Source: a virus. From it: a DNA stretch of 64,000 nt. The notes under the pieces were generated by a model. The model did no database searches and was not told the origin of the DNA. It saw nothing but the letters and a program-made list of their open reading frames with translations. Where the stretch lies: positions 1 through 64,000 of the IMG/VR virus record IMGVR_UViG_3300037521_000114. The stretch is one strand, 5' to 3'. Positions within the stretch are counted from its first letter, which is position 1. Each line of letters begins with the position of its first letter. Shown here one piece after another: positions 26,701 to 35,902 of the stretch. A program made the translations under genes and the position numbers.

Positions 26701-29700
26701 ACTTCTCTCTCTGTTCCCTCAAACCCTCGATGTCACCACCGATACTATCGAGCTTCCAGACTCCAAGAGGTTCTACAATCTGAGCCTGAACAACCTTATT
26801 TGGATTCTTGTGAACACCAATATGAATATCAAGAACTTTGTTCTGCAAAATCCTGAGTTCATCTTCAAGTTTTTTCTCCCCTTCAAGTCCTTGTTGTGGC
26901 TTACGGTGGACTCTCATAGCTCCTATCTTATCGACAAAAGTAGAGTACATATAGGTGTAAATCTTGTCCACGTCAAAGTCAGAACCCATCTGAGCAACAT
27001 AGTCCTTTGTACCAATGAATAGGTCTCCGGAAGATTCCGGTAAGAAACCTACAATTTCGATCCATGACTGAGAGTTTGGTCCCTGATTAGGAATCCTCAT
27101 ACCGAATAACTGAAGGACTTCATTTGGAACTTTGTCAGTATCAAGAATTGTTACACCGTTTACGACTTTAGTAAAGTCTGCCATCTTCAAGGTTTTACCA
27201 TCTGCCGTTTTGAATCTCCAAGGAACGATAGCCTGTGCAGGTTTTACTACACCATTTTCTGTTCGCATACCATGTAGCTTCCCTCTCCAAGCAGAGGTAA
27301 ATGTAATTCCTGTCATCTTATTGATAGCAGCAGTAGCTTCTTCACTTGAAAGCTGTTTGGAAACTGCATCTGTTTCGATCCCTTGTTCTGCACCAAGTAT
27401 GTAAGACAAACCAAAAGTCTTCATCTTGATAATATTGTTGGTAACGATTGAGTTCAATAAGGATTCGTACTTGTTAGCAGAAGGAGAGGCATAAAGAAAT
27501 GTAAGGTCTTTGTCGATAACAAGTAATTCCCTGTCAGAGATAGGATAGTTCCGTTTCTTTGCTTCTTTGAGTAGAAGATTTCGGAGTAACATCGGATCAA
27601 TTTCTCCGGTCTTTTCATCAACAATTTCATTCATTAACATATCATACTGAATGGCATGAAGACGATCAAAGATTTTATGGTACTCTTCCTGTAATTGTTC
27701 TCCTGTATAACCCTTTTTAATATGCTCTTGATATTCTTCTTCTGAAGCGAACCATTCTTTTGGCATCTTGAATCCATCAATCTTTAACATGTTGATAAAC
27801 AAGTTCTTCGAAGCCTGAGTTACCTTGTTAATAGTAATCTTAGTCTCATCATAAGGAACTGTTTGCTGAATCCTGAATCCTTTACGATTCAAATTCATGG
27901 TAGCATTTGCAAAAGATATGTCAGCAGCAGGCATGATCTCACCGTCCACGAATATATTTGCTGGATTACTTACATTACCTACCTTGACTGCTGTGGAATA
28001 TGCTACACGAGAGACTCCGTCCCGTTGCATAGCAATACGAATGTTGTCAAGTGGTGTACCTCTGGTTAATTCCGGAAGCAGTGGAAATGAGGATGATTTA
28101 ATATATAATCTACGTTCAAATCCTGCTTTGGTATCCATGATATTGTCAACGAATACAGGCTTCATCGGCTGCATCACCTTACCAAGCAATGCTTTAGGAA
28201 GATTTTTTCCAGCCGTAAGAAGTTTTGATGCCTTCTTAAAATCTTCATCAGTGATTTCACCTGATTGTTGCATGACATACAGATGCTCTTCCCAAGTGGT
28301 ATATTCCTGAGCATCAGCTTCTTTAATATTATAATAAGCTCTACTCTTTAGAAACTTTTTGGTCTTCTTTTCGTAAGTCTCAAGCTCATCGAATAGTTCA
28401 TCCTGAGTAATCTCGTTAGCTTCAAACTTTTTCACAATAGGCTTTAGAGCTTCATACGCCTCTTTTCCATCCAGAAGGATGGTGTTGTGTAATGCAGCAG
28501 TAGATACAGCTATATTATCTGCTAAGAATCCCTGTACATAGGTGTTCTTTGCATTGTCCTCAGATTGTGCAAGCTCAGTTCCCGGAGCGATGTCAGCAGC
28601 AAGACGTTTACCCATATTGATATAGGTAGCCTTTGCATCTGCTGTAAAATCATAATTAGGATTTACACTACCGTCACTAAGATGTCTTTCTATACGATCT
28701 CCATTTTCATTCCTGTTCACACCTGCAACAGTAAAATAAAGAGCAGGATCACCTGTAAACATCTTTGCTACTTCTGCGTTACCGATTAAATATTGGAATA
28801 CCATATCAGTAGCAGCAGCTCTCGAACGGTTGTTTCCTTTATCAGTTACTTCAGCGAGAGGATTTTTAGTTCCATTTCCAGCCATGTACTCAGTATCAAG
28901 AAACTTCTTATTGGTTCCTCCTAATCCGAAATCATTCCAATCGGAGAGCTTCTCTGTAACAAGAGAGTCAACATATCTACGTGCCTGTTCCCGAAGGAAC
29001 GGACGTAGGTCAGCATCTTCTATGATAGCAGGATTTAAGTCTCCATTATCAAGCCACATCTCAGCTACATTATTCAACTCAGGGAAAAAGATAAACTGTT
29101 CTGCTCCATCTGCATATTCCTTACTATCAGGAGTAAAGGTCTCCTCGGCAGTATTCCGTTTCTTCTGCTTCTGATACTCCACGATCCTTTGAGCCTCAGG
29201 CATAATAACGTACTTGACCAGAGCATCCATACTCTCGTCACTCATGTATCCCTCATCATCGAGTATCAAATCATGAGCAACAATCCGTAGTCCCATCACA
29301 GTTGTCTTATCTGAGGTAGTAGGATAAAGAATTTGAATCACGCGATTCTCTCCACCAGATTGATCAGCTTTGAATGACTGTAACATTCCAATTCGTGCAA
29401 GTTCAAGGTCAGCTTCACCCATCTTGTGCATCTCACGATTCTCACGAGAGGCATCTCCTTTTCTTTTCAATGGTTCAAGAGATGCAACCCAATATGAGAG
29501 ATTTTCTTTTAGAGCATTAGGCTGATCTTCAGTAGCTTTTTGCTTCAGGAGATCAAGCCAAAAAGATGTCTTGTTAAACTTCAGCTTAGATAGATTTTCT
29601 ATCAGCTCGTTCTCATCAAGATTTCGTGTTAGTTCCCTTGCACGTTGAACGATAAACTTGTTCTGGTTATAGGAGTACACTTTACGATTACCTGTACGGT

Positions 29701-32700
29701 GAGAGGTACTGAAGGAGAACATTCTGTTCTCGGCTTCTTGTCTTGCAAGATTTGCAATTACAGTATCATCAAGCACTCTTGATTCAAGTAGTGCAGTAGC
29801 TCCCGGAGTGAGAACCCTATCATGGAGTACTTTGAGTAAGCCTCCCTTTACTTTTATCATTTGAGGAAGGCTCTGCTTACGACCTCTGTGTATAAACTTC
29901 CCTTTCATTATATTATCGAGAGTCTTGTCATGCAGGTCGATACCAAATATTTCAAGGTAACGCTCAATCTTAGCTTTGGTAAAACCTTTTCCACTTGTCC
30001 ATTGGTTCCAGATAGCGTTAGCTTCATTCTTGGCTTCCATTGTCAAGACGAGCTTCTGATCCTCACCCTCTTCTTGCTTCTCTCCTAAAGTATAAGCTAC
30101 CTCGTTAGACTGAATGAGATTTTTCCACCAACTATTCTGAACAACTCGTGCATGTGCATTTACATCTGACTCATGCTCAACGAGTTTATATCCACTACTG
30201 GTTTCCTCAAGCATTATGAAACGCATATTGGAATAGTGATTGGTAAGTCCTACCACGAACTGATTCTTAAGTTGCGTAGAAGAATTATCCATTCTATTTA
30301 CTACATCTTCGAGAAATGGAAAGGCTTCATAATTCGTTGAGATTTCTGCAATCAGCTTCTTGAAGTTCGGCTCCATCCCTGTGGTGATACGCTGTAGAGT
30401 CTCATACACAACCTGAAATTCCATGATCATAGGTGCACCAATGTTCAGGTCAATTATGTCAATGTAATTACCATCTGCATCCTTCTGCTTCTCACGGATT
30501 CCGGAAAGCAGTTGCTTAATCTTAGCTGAGACACCATCGGCAGGATTTCTTGTCAGAGCAGTAATGTCACTCCAATTTGCATTTTCATTCTCCTGCTCCT
30601 CCTGTTCCTCAGTGTTTCCCTCGTCAGTCAGAACAGTTTTAATTGATCCAATGGTTTTGAGATTGTCTATGGTAAGAGCCTTGAGCTTATCCCAATTGTT
30701 TCCAATAGCCTTGTAATGAGCAAGTTCCTTTTCCAACTGTGCAATAATATCATCACGTCCAGCTTTCTGTGCCCTTCTCATGTCGATTCCGACACTCTTG
30801 ATATTATCATCTACAAGCTCTTTCTTCAGTGCAGCATAATAAGGATCAACTTCAATACGATCTTCACCTATTCCTGCATCCTGATTCTCCTCTCCTACAA
30901 ATAATGCTTCAATGACTCTTGATCGCATATAGCGAATCATACTGTCCTGAACACCTGTACCTAATTCACTTATAATAACACCTGAGAGTTCCTTGGTTTC
31001 AGGATGAATCCTCACCTCACTCAATTCCTGCATCCTCGCAAGATCATCTTCATCCATAGGAGTACTTGCAGGAAGGAGAGCACTTACTGCATCATCATCA
31101 AGTTCTTCACGCAGTCCAAGATTCATTCCGCTACGTCCAACGCTTACAAACTCCTCTTGTTTAGGAGCAACAGCAGGATCAACAGCAGTATCTCCAATTT
31201 CATCAAGTTCAGCAGGAGTAATATTTTTTGGATTATCAATCGCTACCTGTATGATAGTATTAGCAATATCCTGCTTGACCTTATCGTTTGTAGTTTCACG
31301 GAAGTTTACAAGATGTTGCTTGATTTCCTTACGAGCTTTCTTCCTACCATCAGGCTTTTCTACGGTTTCAATAAGGTCTCTCTTTTTCTTGTCAGTCTTA
31401 GCTCTCTTTTCTGCGTATGTAATCTTACCGCCTGTGATAACTTTGATACTTTCTGCAAACTCAACTGCTTCATCTTCAGTATCAAACTCTTGAGTTACAA
31501 CTCCCTCACCTAATTGTGAAACCACCCATTTATCACCTACTTGTGCTATGGAAAGACCTTCTTCTTCTTCAACAGGAGCGTTAGGATCAGGTACATTCTC
31601 ATTCTCCTTTTCGGTGACTCCGAGGATTGAGGAGAAATCCATCTCAATGACAGGTTGAACGGTATAGACATAATTCGGGTCTGCCTCAGTTCCTATATTG
31701 TGAGAAAGGAATGGAAGCTGAGTCATATTTCGGATATAATCATTATAAGACTCAGGTGTAACTTCACCATCGTCACTGATGTAAGCTACCTTTTGCTTAC
31801 TGTTAATACCGTCAATACTCGTGTGACCGTACATCTTCATAAGATCAGCAGTAACGTCATCAAAGAGTTCATTCCTACGCTCAATTGATAGCTTGGACAA
31901 AGACTGCCTACTCATATATGTGTATGTAGTCTTCCTTCCTGTACCAATGGTAAAGTTCATATCATCCTCACCATTCTTATTTTGCCACGGGTGAATGTGA
32001 GCAAACGCATCTGTAGTACGTTCTGCTGGAATCTCATCGTCAGTAGATATTTCACGACCAAGATATTCTCCAAGGTTCTCATAGTTATCTGTACCGTATG
32101 CGAAGTTGTTGATATACAAACGAATAAATTTCTTGATACCTATTCCTGTACGGATATTTATACCAGTTTCTTTCTGAACAGCATTAGCAGTAACCTCATG
32201 CTGAGGATTCTCTCTCCAATAGTAGAATACTTTGAGAGCATTGGTAATAGTATCTGCCACCTTCTGATTCTCAGAGAGTTTCATGTTCTTGAGTGGAATA
32301 GCAATTCTACTTTTATGCTCTCCTACAGGGACAAGAACGTAAGCAATACCTTCTTTAATCTTATCTTTTGAATTGATGACATCACCACCTTGCCAATTCT
32401 TCTCTCTTGTCTCAGCGTAGGTCATATTCCTACCAATAACAATCGGAGGATTACCTTTCATAGCATCAGCTAAAGTGTGCATACCCTCGACACTCTCGAA
32501 CAGAACACCATTTGACCTGCTACTGATTTTTGTTTTGAAACCTTTTCTACCTTGAGCAATGATGTGATCTCTGATCTTTCTGCTACGTGCTCTATCGACA
32601 TCTACGTCACCGGAAACACTGATAGGGTCTATCCAAGTAGTTTCATGCAGGTATCCTATTTTTTTACCTTTAGCGTACACTGCAATAGGAACCTGATCAC

Positions 32701-35700
32701 GGAATCGCATTGTTTGTTCTTCCTTACTACGATCTTTCCATGAGAGTTTTTTATCTCCCCACAGGATAGGATCGTCGATAGCTTTATTTTCAGAATAAAC
32801 CTCAGTAGTTGCATCGTCTTCAACCACGAGTTCAATTTCAGTTCCAACAGGATACTTATCTGCATCGAGAATTTCCTTCTCAAGCATACCCTTGTTCAAC
32901 TGGTTAGAACTATCCCTTCGGGCAAAGATATTCCCGAATCTAATTTTTTCGTATGACCTTGATAAGTAGGCAATTATAGATGCACCAGCAGTTGCCTTTC
33001 TCGTATCAACTTTTTCAATTCCCTCTTCCTGCTCCTCTTCGGAGTGCTGATTCTCGTGCATTTTTTCAGCAAGCTCCTTCTGCTCCGCATCTACCTCTTC
33101 ATCAGTGCTATTGGTATATTGACCCTGATAATTGATTCTCTCACTCTCCTGAGCCTCTTTACGTGCTTCACGTTGATCTGAGGAAAGAGCTGTGTATTCA
33201 CTGAAGCTCATATTGGAAACGGTATGGTCTTCATTTGCCATAGCGTATATCAATTCAATAGTACGGAACACTGAATCAAAGTTTTCAGCACTATCATGCT
33301 TCATGAGATAAGTCATAAACTCATCAAAACCTGCATTTGGATTGTCCGTAAACCCTCTGACCTGTTCCATCATTTTCCGAACAGTCTGTATTTGTTGAAG
33401 TAGTCTTGCATCTTCATCTACCTCTTCATCAGCCGCAAGTGCAGCACTGGTAGCATCAGGAGGAGGTTTTTTCCTTCCGTGAAGATCATCAAGAAAATTC
33501 GATGCTGTTTGATCAAAATCATCTTTCAGCTTGAGCTGATCATCATTCATTTTTGCACGATCAACCTCATCAGGTGTGATCTGATCAACCGAAGGTCCTT
33601 TCTCTTCTTCAGGTGTGACTTTCCTACCTGCAAATCCGGTAACAGTTGGTCCTTCTTCTTCTTCCTCAAGATTAGCGAACTCTTCAGTAGAGATATCAGC
33701 TTCCGTACGTTCACCAACATCAGTAACCTCAGTAGCAGCCGGTTCTTTTGCATTTTTCTCGTCAGGTGTTACACCTGCTTTAGGCTCTTTAGCATCGGGA
33801 GCATCTTCAGTAGCAGCATCTTTCTCAGCAGCAGCAGTATCTTTTGCATCGTTAGCCTTATTCTTATTCTTACTATTCTTCTTGGTCTTGTCAGACTTTG
33901 TTTTTGCTCTTGAGTTCCGTGCTTCATTACGGAGTTCTCTACGCTGCTCCTTTTGAGATTTCCTATATTCCTTCTGAAACTCAGAACCAGTCATGTGAGT
34001 GTACATCTTATCATTGTCAGAGATAGCCTCGTTGACCGTAGTAAGACTACGTTCCAAGAAATCTTTCAATTGCTGATCAGCAGGGTCCTTGTCAGTTTCC
34101 AGACGAGCATTTACAGAAGCAAGTGTATTTTCAATTTTTTTCTTGTCGTCACCTAACAGTTTCCGATTCTCAGCGAGTCTTGTAATTTCACCAGACTCAC
34201 CGTATTGAGAGTGCCTGAGAAAATTTGTTTCCATCTCACCTAACAGTTCAAGCTGTTGTTGAGCTTCCTGTTGATAATTATCTCCCCAATTCTTTTCAGC
34301 TTTTTCCTCGTCAGTTACACCTTCCGCTATACGCTTGAGTTCACGCTCTAATTTCTCAGTAGTACCGAGAGAGAAATTACGTGTAGCAATATTGATGAAC
34401 TCTAATTTCTTCATATACTCATCGAGATTATCTTCACCTCTCGAAATTGCTTCTTGTCTAAGTTTCTGACCTTCAGCGAAGCTACCAAGACTTGAACTCA
34501 GGAAATCAATAGTATCCTGAATACTTTTCTGTTGTTCATCAAACCGTTTATTGTGTTCATTTTTTGCACCTCTCTTGAGATTACCACTCAAGGCTTCAGT
34601 GAATATACGCTGAGGTCCACCACCAAAGAATCCCATACCACCTTCGAGAAGTGCCTGATCAGAAAGACCATACTTATAAACCCTGTCTGAAAAGTTAGCA
34701 GGGTCTTCACTTTCAAGACCTGCTTTGATAAGACTCTGGTATTCTCCTTCCATTTGAATGATGTTCTGACCAATCTCTTCAGCAGCCTCTTTAGTACCTT
34801 GCAGAAGAACATTTTCAGAAGTAGGCTTCACGAATCGTCTTGCCCAAGTACTCATATCCTTTCGCTTCAGAAGTTCACGAGTAAATCCTTTGCTTTTGTA
34901 GATTCCATGCAGACCAATCATATCACTTATCATGAAGGCTTTGTTCTTCCACATGAAATTATTAGCCTCCTTACCAGCAATGGTTTCATACCTTTTCAGT
35001 TTCTCCCCACCGTTTTTATTGAGTTGATCGGTGGTAAGTTCCTTGGCTTTTGCATCTAACATCTCAGGAGCCATGTTAGGGTTTTGTTCCTTTAGAGCCT
35101 GATAATTTTCAATCTCCAAACGTTCAACCATAGAATCAATAGAATTGTCAAACTGTTCAAGAGCCATCATCTTACTTTCACCAAAGTTGGTGATGTAAGC
35201 TGAACCGACAGTATTCATCATCCTCTGCGCTCTTGGAGAGTTGTTGATCATCCTCATGTAAGCATCCATCCTCTTCCCTGTCTGACCCATCTTTGCAGTC
35301 AGCTTAGCGAGTTTCGTACCCATTCTCGCTGCTCTCTGGATACCACCTACAAGTTTAGTAGCTGCCATACCGGGAATAGCGAAACCTACGGCTGAATCAA
35401 GGACTCCACGTAATGACGACCAGTAGAATCCGGGATCAGTAAAATCCAATACCTCATCAGACATGCGATGAATAGGCATGGCTGTGTTGAGTTTTTCTTT
35501 TGCGTTCTGAGCAAATTGAGACAAAGCATTTGTTTCTACCTGTTCAAGACCTGACATTCTTGCAATGTTATTCTTGAGGTCAACAGTATATCCTATATCT
35601 TCGATTGCAGTCAAGACACCAGATGCGATACCACCTACAAGACCATTGAAGGCTTGACCTGTCCACGGTTGGTTTATAGCTCTCTGACGCTCAATGTTAT

Positions 35701-35902
35701 CGAGATCACTGAAAGTAATACCTTCATCGAACTTGCTTAACTCTCCACCGGGAAGGTAATCACCTACATACCGTCCGGGTTTTTGCGAAAGCATACCAGT
35801 GAGTATATCAACACTTGGGTCGTATCCTTCGGCAGCTTTGATAGGTTCTCTCTTCTTACTACCGCCTGTCAGTCCTGTTAAGGGATCAATTCCATTTGCC
35901 AT
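20732..35902 (-). CDS. Virion-packaged DNA-dependent RNA polymerase polyprotein (5056 aa)
   Basis: MRIPNQG and catalytic GSDFDVDK (26963-26986); extra HELIH zincin motif, ASCH-like domain and degenerate SF1B helicase; follows the cargo genes as in crAss-like phages. Confidence 0.9.
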   Translation of the reverse strand: MANGIDPLTGLTGGSKKREPIKAAEGYDPSVDILTGMLSQKPGRYVGDYLPGGELSKFDEGITFSDLDNIERQRAINQPWTGQAFNGLVGGIASGVLTAIEDIGYTVDLKNNIARMSGLEQVETNALSQFAQNAKEKLNTAMPIHRMSDEVLDFTDPGFYWSSLRGVLDSAVGFAIPGMAATKLVGGIQRAARMGTKLAKLTAKMGQTGKRMDAYMRMINNSPRAQRMMNTVGSAYITNFGESKMMALEQFDNSIDSMVERLEIENYQALKEQNPNMAPEMLDAKAKELTTDQLNKNGGEKLKRYETIAGKEANNFMWKNKAFMISDMIGLHGIYKSKGFTRELLKRKDMSTWARRFVKPTSENVLLQGTKEAAEEIGQNIIQMEGEYQSLIKAGLESEDPANFSDRVYKYGLSDQALLEGGMGFFGGGPQRIFTEALSGNLKRGAKNEHNKRFDEQQKSIQDTIDFLSSSLGSFAEGQKLRQEAISRGEDNLDEYMKKLEFINIATRNFSLGTTEKLERELKRIAEGVTDEEKAEKNWGDNYQQEAQQQLELLGEMETNFLRHSQYGESGEITRLAENRKLLGDDKKKIENTLASVNARLETDKDPADQQLKDFLERSLTTVNEAISDNDKMYTHMTGSEFQKEYRKSQKEQRRELRNEARNSRAKTKSDKTKKNSKNKNKANDAKDTAAAEKDAATEDAPDAKEPKAGVTPDEKNAKEPAATEVTDVGERTEADISTEEFANLEEEEEGPTVTGFAGRKVTPEEEKGPSVDQITPDEVDRAKMNDDQLKLKDDFDQTASNFLDDLHGRKKPPPDATSAALAADEEVDEDARLLQQIQTVRKMMEQVRGFTDNPNAGFDEFMTYLMKHDSAENFDSVFRTIELIYAMANEDHTVSNMSFSEYTALSSDQREARKEAQESERINYQGQYTNSTDEEVDAEQKELAEKMHENQHSEEEQEEGIEKVDTRKATAGASIIAYLSRSYEKIRFGNIFARRDSSNQLNKGMLEKEILDADKYPVGTEIELVVEDDATTEVYSENKAIDDPILWGDKKLSWKDRSKEEQTMRFRDQVPIAVYAKGKKIGYLHETTWIDPISVSGDVDVDRARSRKIRDHIIAQGRKGFKTKISSRSNGVLFESVEGMHTLADAMKGNPPIVIGRNMTYAETREKNWQGGDVINSKDKIKEGIAYVLVPVGEHKSRIAIPLKNMKLSENQKVADTITNALKVFYYWRENPQHEVTANAVQKETGINIRTGIGIKKFIRLYINNFAYGTDNYENLGEYLGREISTDDEIPAERTTDAFAHIHPWQNKNGEDDMNFTIGTGRKTTYTYMSRQSLSKLSIERRNELFDDVTADLMKMYGHTSIDGINSKQKVAYISDDGEVTPESYNDYIRNMTQLPFLSHNIGTEADPNYVYTVQPVIEMDFSSILGVTEKENENVPDPNAPVEEEEGLSIAQVGDKWVVSQLGEGVVTQEFDTEDEAVEFAESIKVITGGKITYAEKRAKTDKKKRDLIETVEKPDGRKKARKEIKQHLVNFRETTNDKVKQDIANTIIQVAIDNPKNITPAELDEIGDTAVDPAVAPKQEEFVSVGRSGMNLGLREELDDDAVSALLPASTPMDEDDLARMQELSEVRIHPETKELSGVIISELGTGVQDSMIRYMRSRVIEALFVGEENQDAGIGEDRIEVDPYYAALKKELVDDNIKSVGIDMRRAQKAGRDDIIAQLEKELAHYKAIGNNWDKLKALTIDNLKTIGSIKTVLTDEGNTEEQEEQENENANWSDITALTRNPADGVSAKIKQLLSGIREKQKDADGNYIDIIDLNIGAPMIMEFQVVYETLQRITTGMEPNFKKLIAEISTNYEAFPFLEDVVNRMDNSSTQLKNQFVVGLTNHYSNMRFIMLEETSSGYKLVEHESDVNAHARVVQNSWWKNLIQSNEVAYTLGEKQEEGEDQKLVLTMEAKNEANAIWNQWTSGKGFTKAKIERYLEIFGIDLHDKTLDNIMKGKFIHRGRKQSLPQMIKVKGGLLKVLHDRVLTPGATALLESRVLDDTVIANLARQEAENRMFSFSTSHRTGNRKVYSYNQNKFIVQRARELTRNLDENELIENLSKLKFNKTSFWLDLLKQKATEDQPNALKENLSYWVASLEPLKRKGDASRENREMHKMGEADLELARIGMLQSFKADQSGGENRVIQILYPTTSDKTTVMGLRIVAHDLILDDEGYMSDESMDALVKYVIMPEAQRIVEYQKQKKRNTAEETFTPDSKEYADGAEQFIFFPELNNVAEMWLDNGDLNPAIIEDADLRPFLREQARRYVDSLVTEKLSDWNDFGLGGTNKKFLDTEYMAGNGTKNPLAEVTDKGNNRSRAAATDMVFQYLIGNAEVAKMFTGDPALYFTVAGVNRNENGDRIERHLSDGSVNPNYDFTADAKATYINMGKRLAADIAPGTELAQSEDNAKNTYVQGFLADNIAVSTAALHNTILLDGKEAYEALKPIVKKFEANEITQDELFDELETYEKKTKKFLKSRAYYNIKEADAQEYTTWEEHLYVMQQSGEITDEDFKKASKLLTAGKNLPKALLGKVMQPMKPVFVDNIMDTKAGFERRLYIKSSSFPLLPELTRGTPLDNIRIAMQRDGVSRVAYSTAVKVGNVSNPANIFVDGEIMPAADISFANATMNLNRKGFRIQQTVPYDETKITINKVTQASKNLFINMLKIDGFKMPKEWFASEEEYQEHIKKGYTGEQLQEEYHKIFDRLHAIQYDMLMNEIVDEKTGEIDPMLLRNLLLKEAKKRNYPISDRELLVIDKDLTFLYASPSANKYESLLNSIVTNNIIKMKTFGLSYILGAEQGIETDAVSKQLSSEEATAAINKMTGITFTSAWRGKLHGMRTENGVVKPAQAIVPWRFKTADGKTLKMADFTKVVNGVTILDTDKVPNEVLQLFGMRIPNQGPNSQSWIEIVGFLPESSGDLFIGTKDYVAQMGSDFDVDKIYTYMYSTFVDKIGAMRVHRKPQQGLEGEKKLEDELRILQNKVLDIHIGVHKNPNKVVQAQIVEPLGVWKLDSIGGDIEGLREQREKLTRVTEPVISFDGGHDATGRGTPKGDMKDRAMRKVATVFVGELSPGNYDSSTFTSGKQIANKTKTKPAIEVPGEEDMAGNSVMLSNVDDIQKGDIVMLARNGETNRTGLSDLTIKTIQEAHEKGATFVVGDMPNVDTQFIEFLQYIGATFTVYHSGIAPRLDVIQPARNTLFTGLSDTYQRRKFKNATAGLAGTGAFSQDSMFNAVAQGKDLVLTVEDEPIYVNFGGLESNGLLSEERTIDQKYYLSEVISGYQSASVDNEKEQILDKIHVNSRTFKVTKILNQLGFSDEVPYFLSQDIIIDYIRELEKLSSMTSDFYGNRELEAYRIVMNKPQYKTTKEERDSSTYVYGGDSLDVDNMSGWIARGPLEPNYKVAQNDILDKFIELDGYGRSLQSVQSAINTDSKGVGKTVMESQMKEEAVFELMESPIKRAFSLIGEIDKVEQGETIEGLRKDGWFARKFGNQWYKVKPKTINGFATTYGLFTNNELWSKYFPYQDDAIKSLIDRVEGMSTDRSDEFGATAKADRRSQIWRQLKSFMYSDTTLGLYEGTIQEQRDRLLYDKFEKEIAFDDKGKRIEIRRPVLNQESLATALGKIKESKIGRTNALIQLLDIKYKTNGEPSTIEYRASTADRQDETYIYNAFVNAIKQTVRSGKRKGKSPIIGKFKGEDYTLRELAQDLVTYSYVTGGIQEAVQFVKYIPAAYLATMPFAKTLSRYRTTSMNLETMNPAYFQGSRDDIYANSPFVEQYFQHHPKEVRSANSNDIQGGKVNKKTRTFKLNAIGLKRLGIQNKEKKDPPPYLRMYSKANKKNSMLFKFNAVDAIYEQIDVLGVLGVAEYNIAMDLGQTQGSQIKLNKVPVAPVKPEPAETDSPPEVEPAGVTPTSGITDVSVEDGTDVVANDDIPVAQLNHELDTFGTKPPKVDQEDTLSSIIAKTQPAETFTAGREKAKAILNDIVLKTNNPYNRVLASTLLENVDQLPPKTVMKLSNGESEAAGTWRYLEEKGQPDDPHTMTLFMKKIENLSRDKMERVFMHELIHGLTGYKALVYKHRNSKTESGRATYDEITKKNPDFTWIVGGPRSELAAMQSLNILMGRARTAILKDPVHKAKYDLFTKKLDELKKKNREGRSDKPSAQKFSKAEIDTYYGLDDVKEFISMALTNPEFQQLLNEIPAGDDVRTFWAVLKEKLQQLLDAMGFDIVKGSILEKSINATLDLIVSNDNDGKVMTMKFAGQFDKVLSGEKTQTTRELTYNKKTKKPYYTEGEVIYIADEQGRTVMARITKIEPVNISEIHERAEGDAYFVREGRATGKQQFVNNTEYLLGKTRVASIQFALIGDNAEIPSAPEATTPKNSPEETAKAGERNETYQEESDGIVTNYNFTLRNEDNAILRARKSVGNLTDWIDIDGRHYYSSYDRVKKGTPLQGEIHTPENQVHLEGGKIITFTEDQLGAVNAIRNWMKTEENIFTLGTFADTGRVGIVKKLAEEYGADNIAVSSLLDSSTQEFEEDTGVQGESFHNLFGLRRNEGLRSISAYRLGKAATKKGSLGNYDVVVVDQAQIINKAVYDHVVKKAKESNTKVLFIGDPAQVSPFKEFRSKVFEVENTYTLSKSNEMIHPIAAFAKTLRTNLNKSSGGLKYVNAMNDQGEGVIYMEDEDSFFQEAAMDMSDELTSTVILAASAANAEKLNNHMRTLIHGDGAENDFVVGEKLIGLQTLQEGLTDTVVEEGVFYTIKRIKPEVENNSGIMGKTITVQYEIGGALRSKEVFIINRDKANLDKYVAQRQKLFSDIGKAAQGRATAIAYVKFYDFQKKNILPVDVKIGDGEASAELGYGYALPVYKSRGMKFDNVYATEDALKLKTNILRNQYKYSIAVAAKKTLTIHTRKDVEGGNSFVDKPVPVPPPENKVTPEEKKELKKAPAEPNATDDVAGVAASQVDQSENDPGIDAATSMVDDVATVNFGDIKKSDSQSEMFVPQDFVSDKELDTFIRKCKGG

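Noticed and set aside
20732-35902. Intein or group I intron in the RNAP gene
   Set aside because: The frame is continuous and I found no C...HN(C/S/T) splice-junction or LAGLIDADG motifs by eye.
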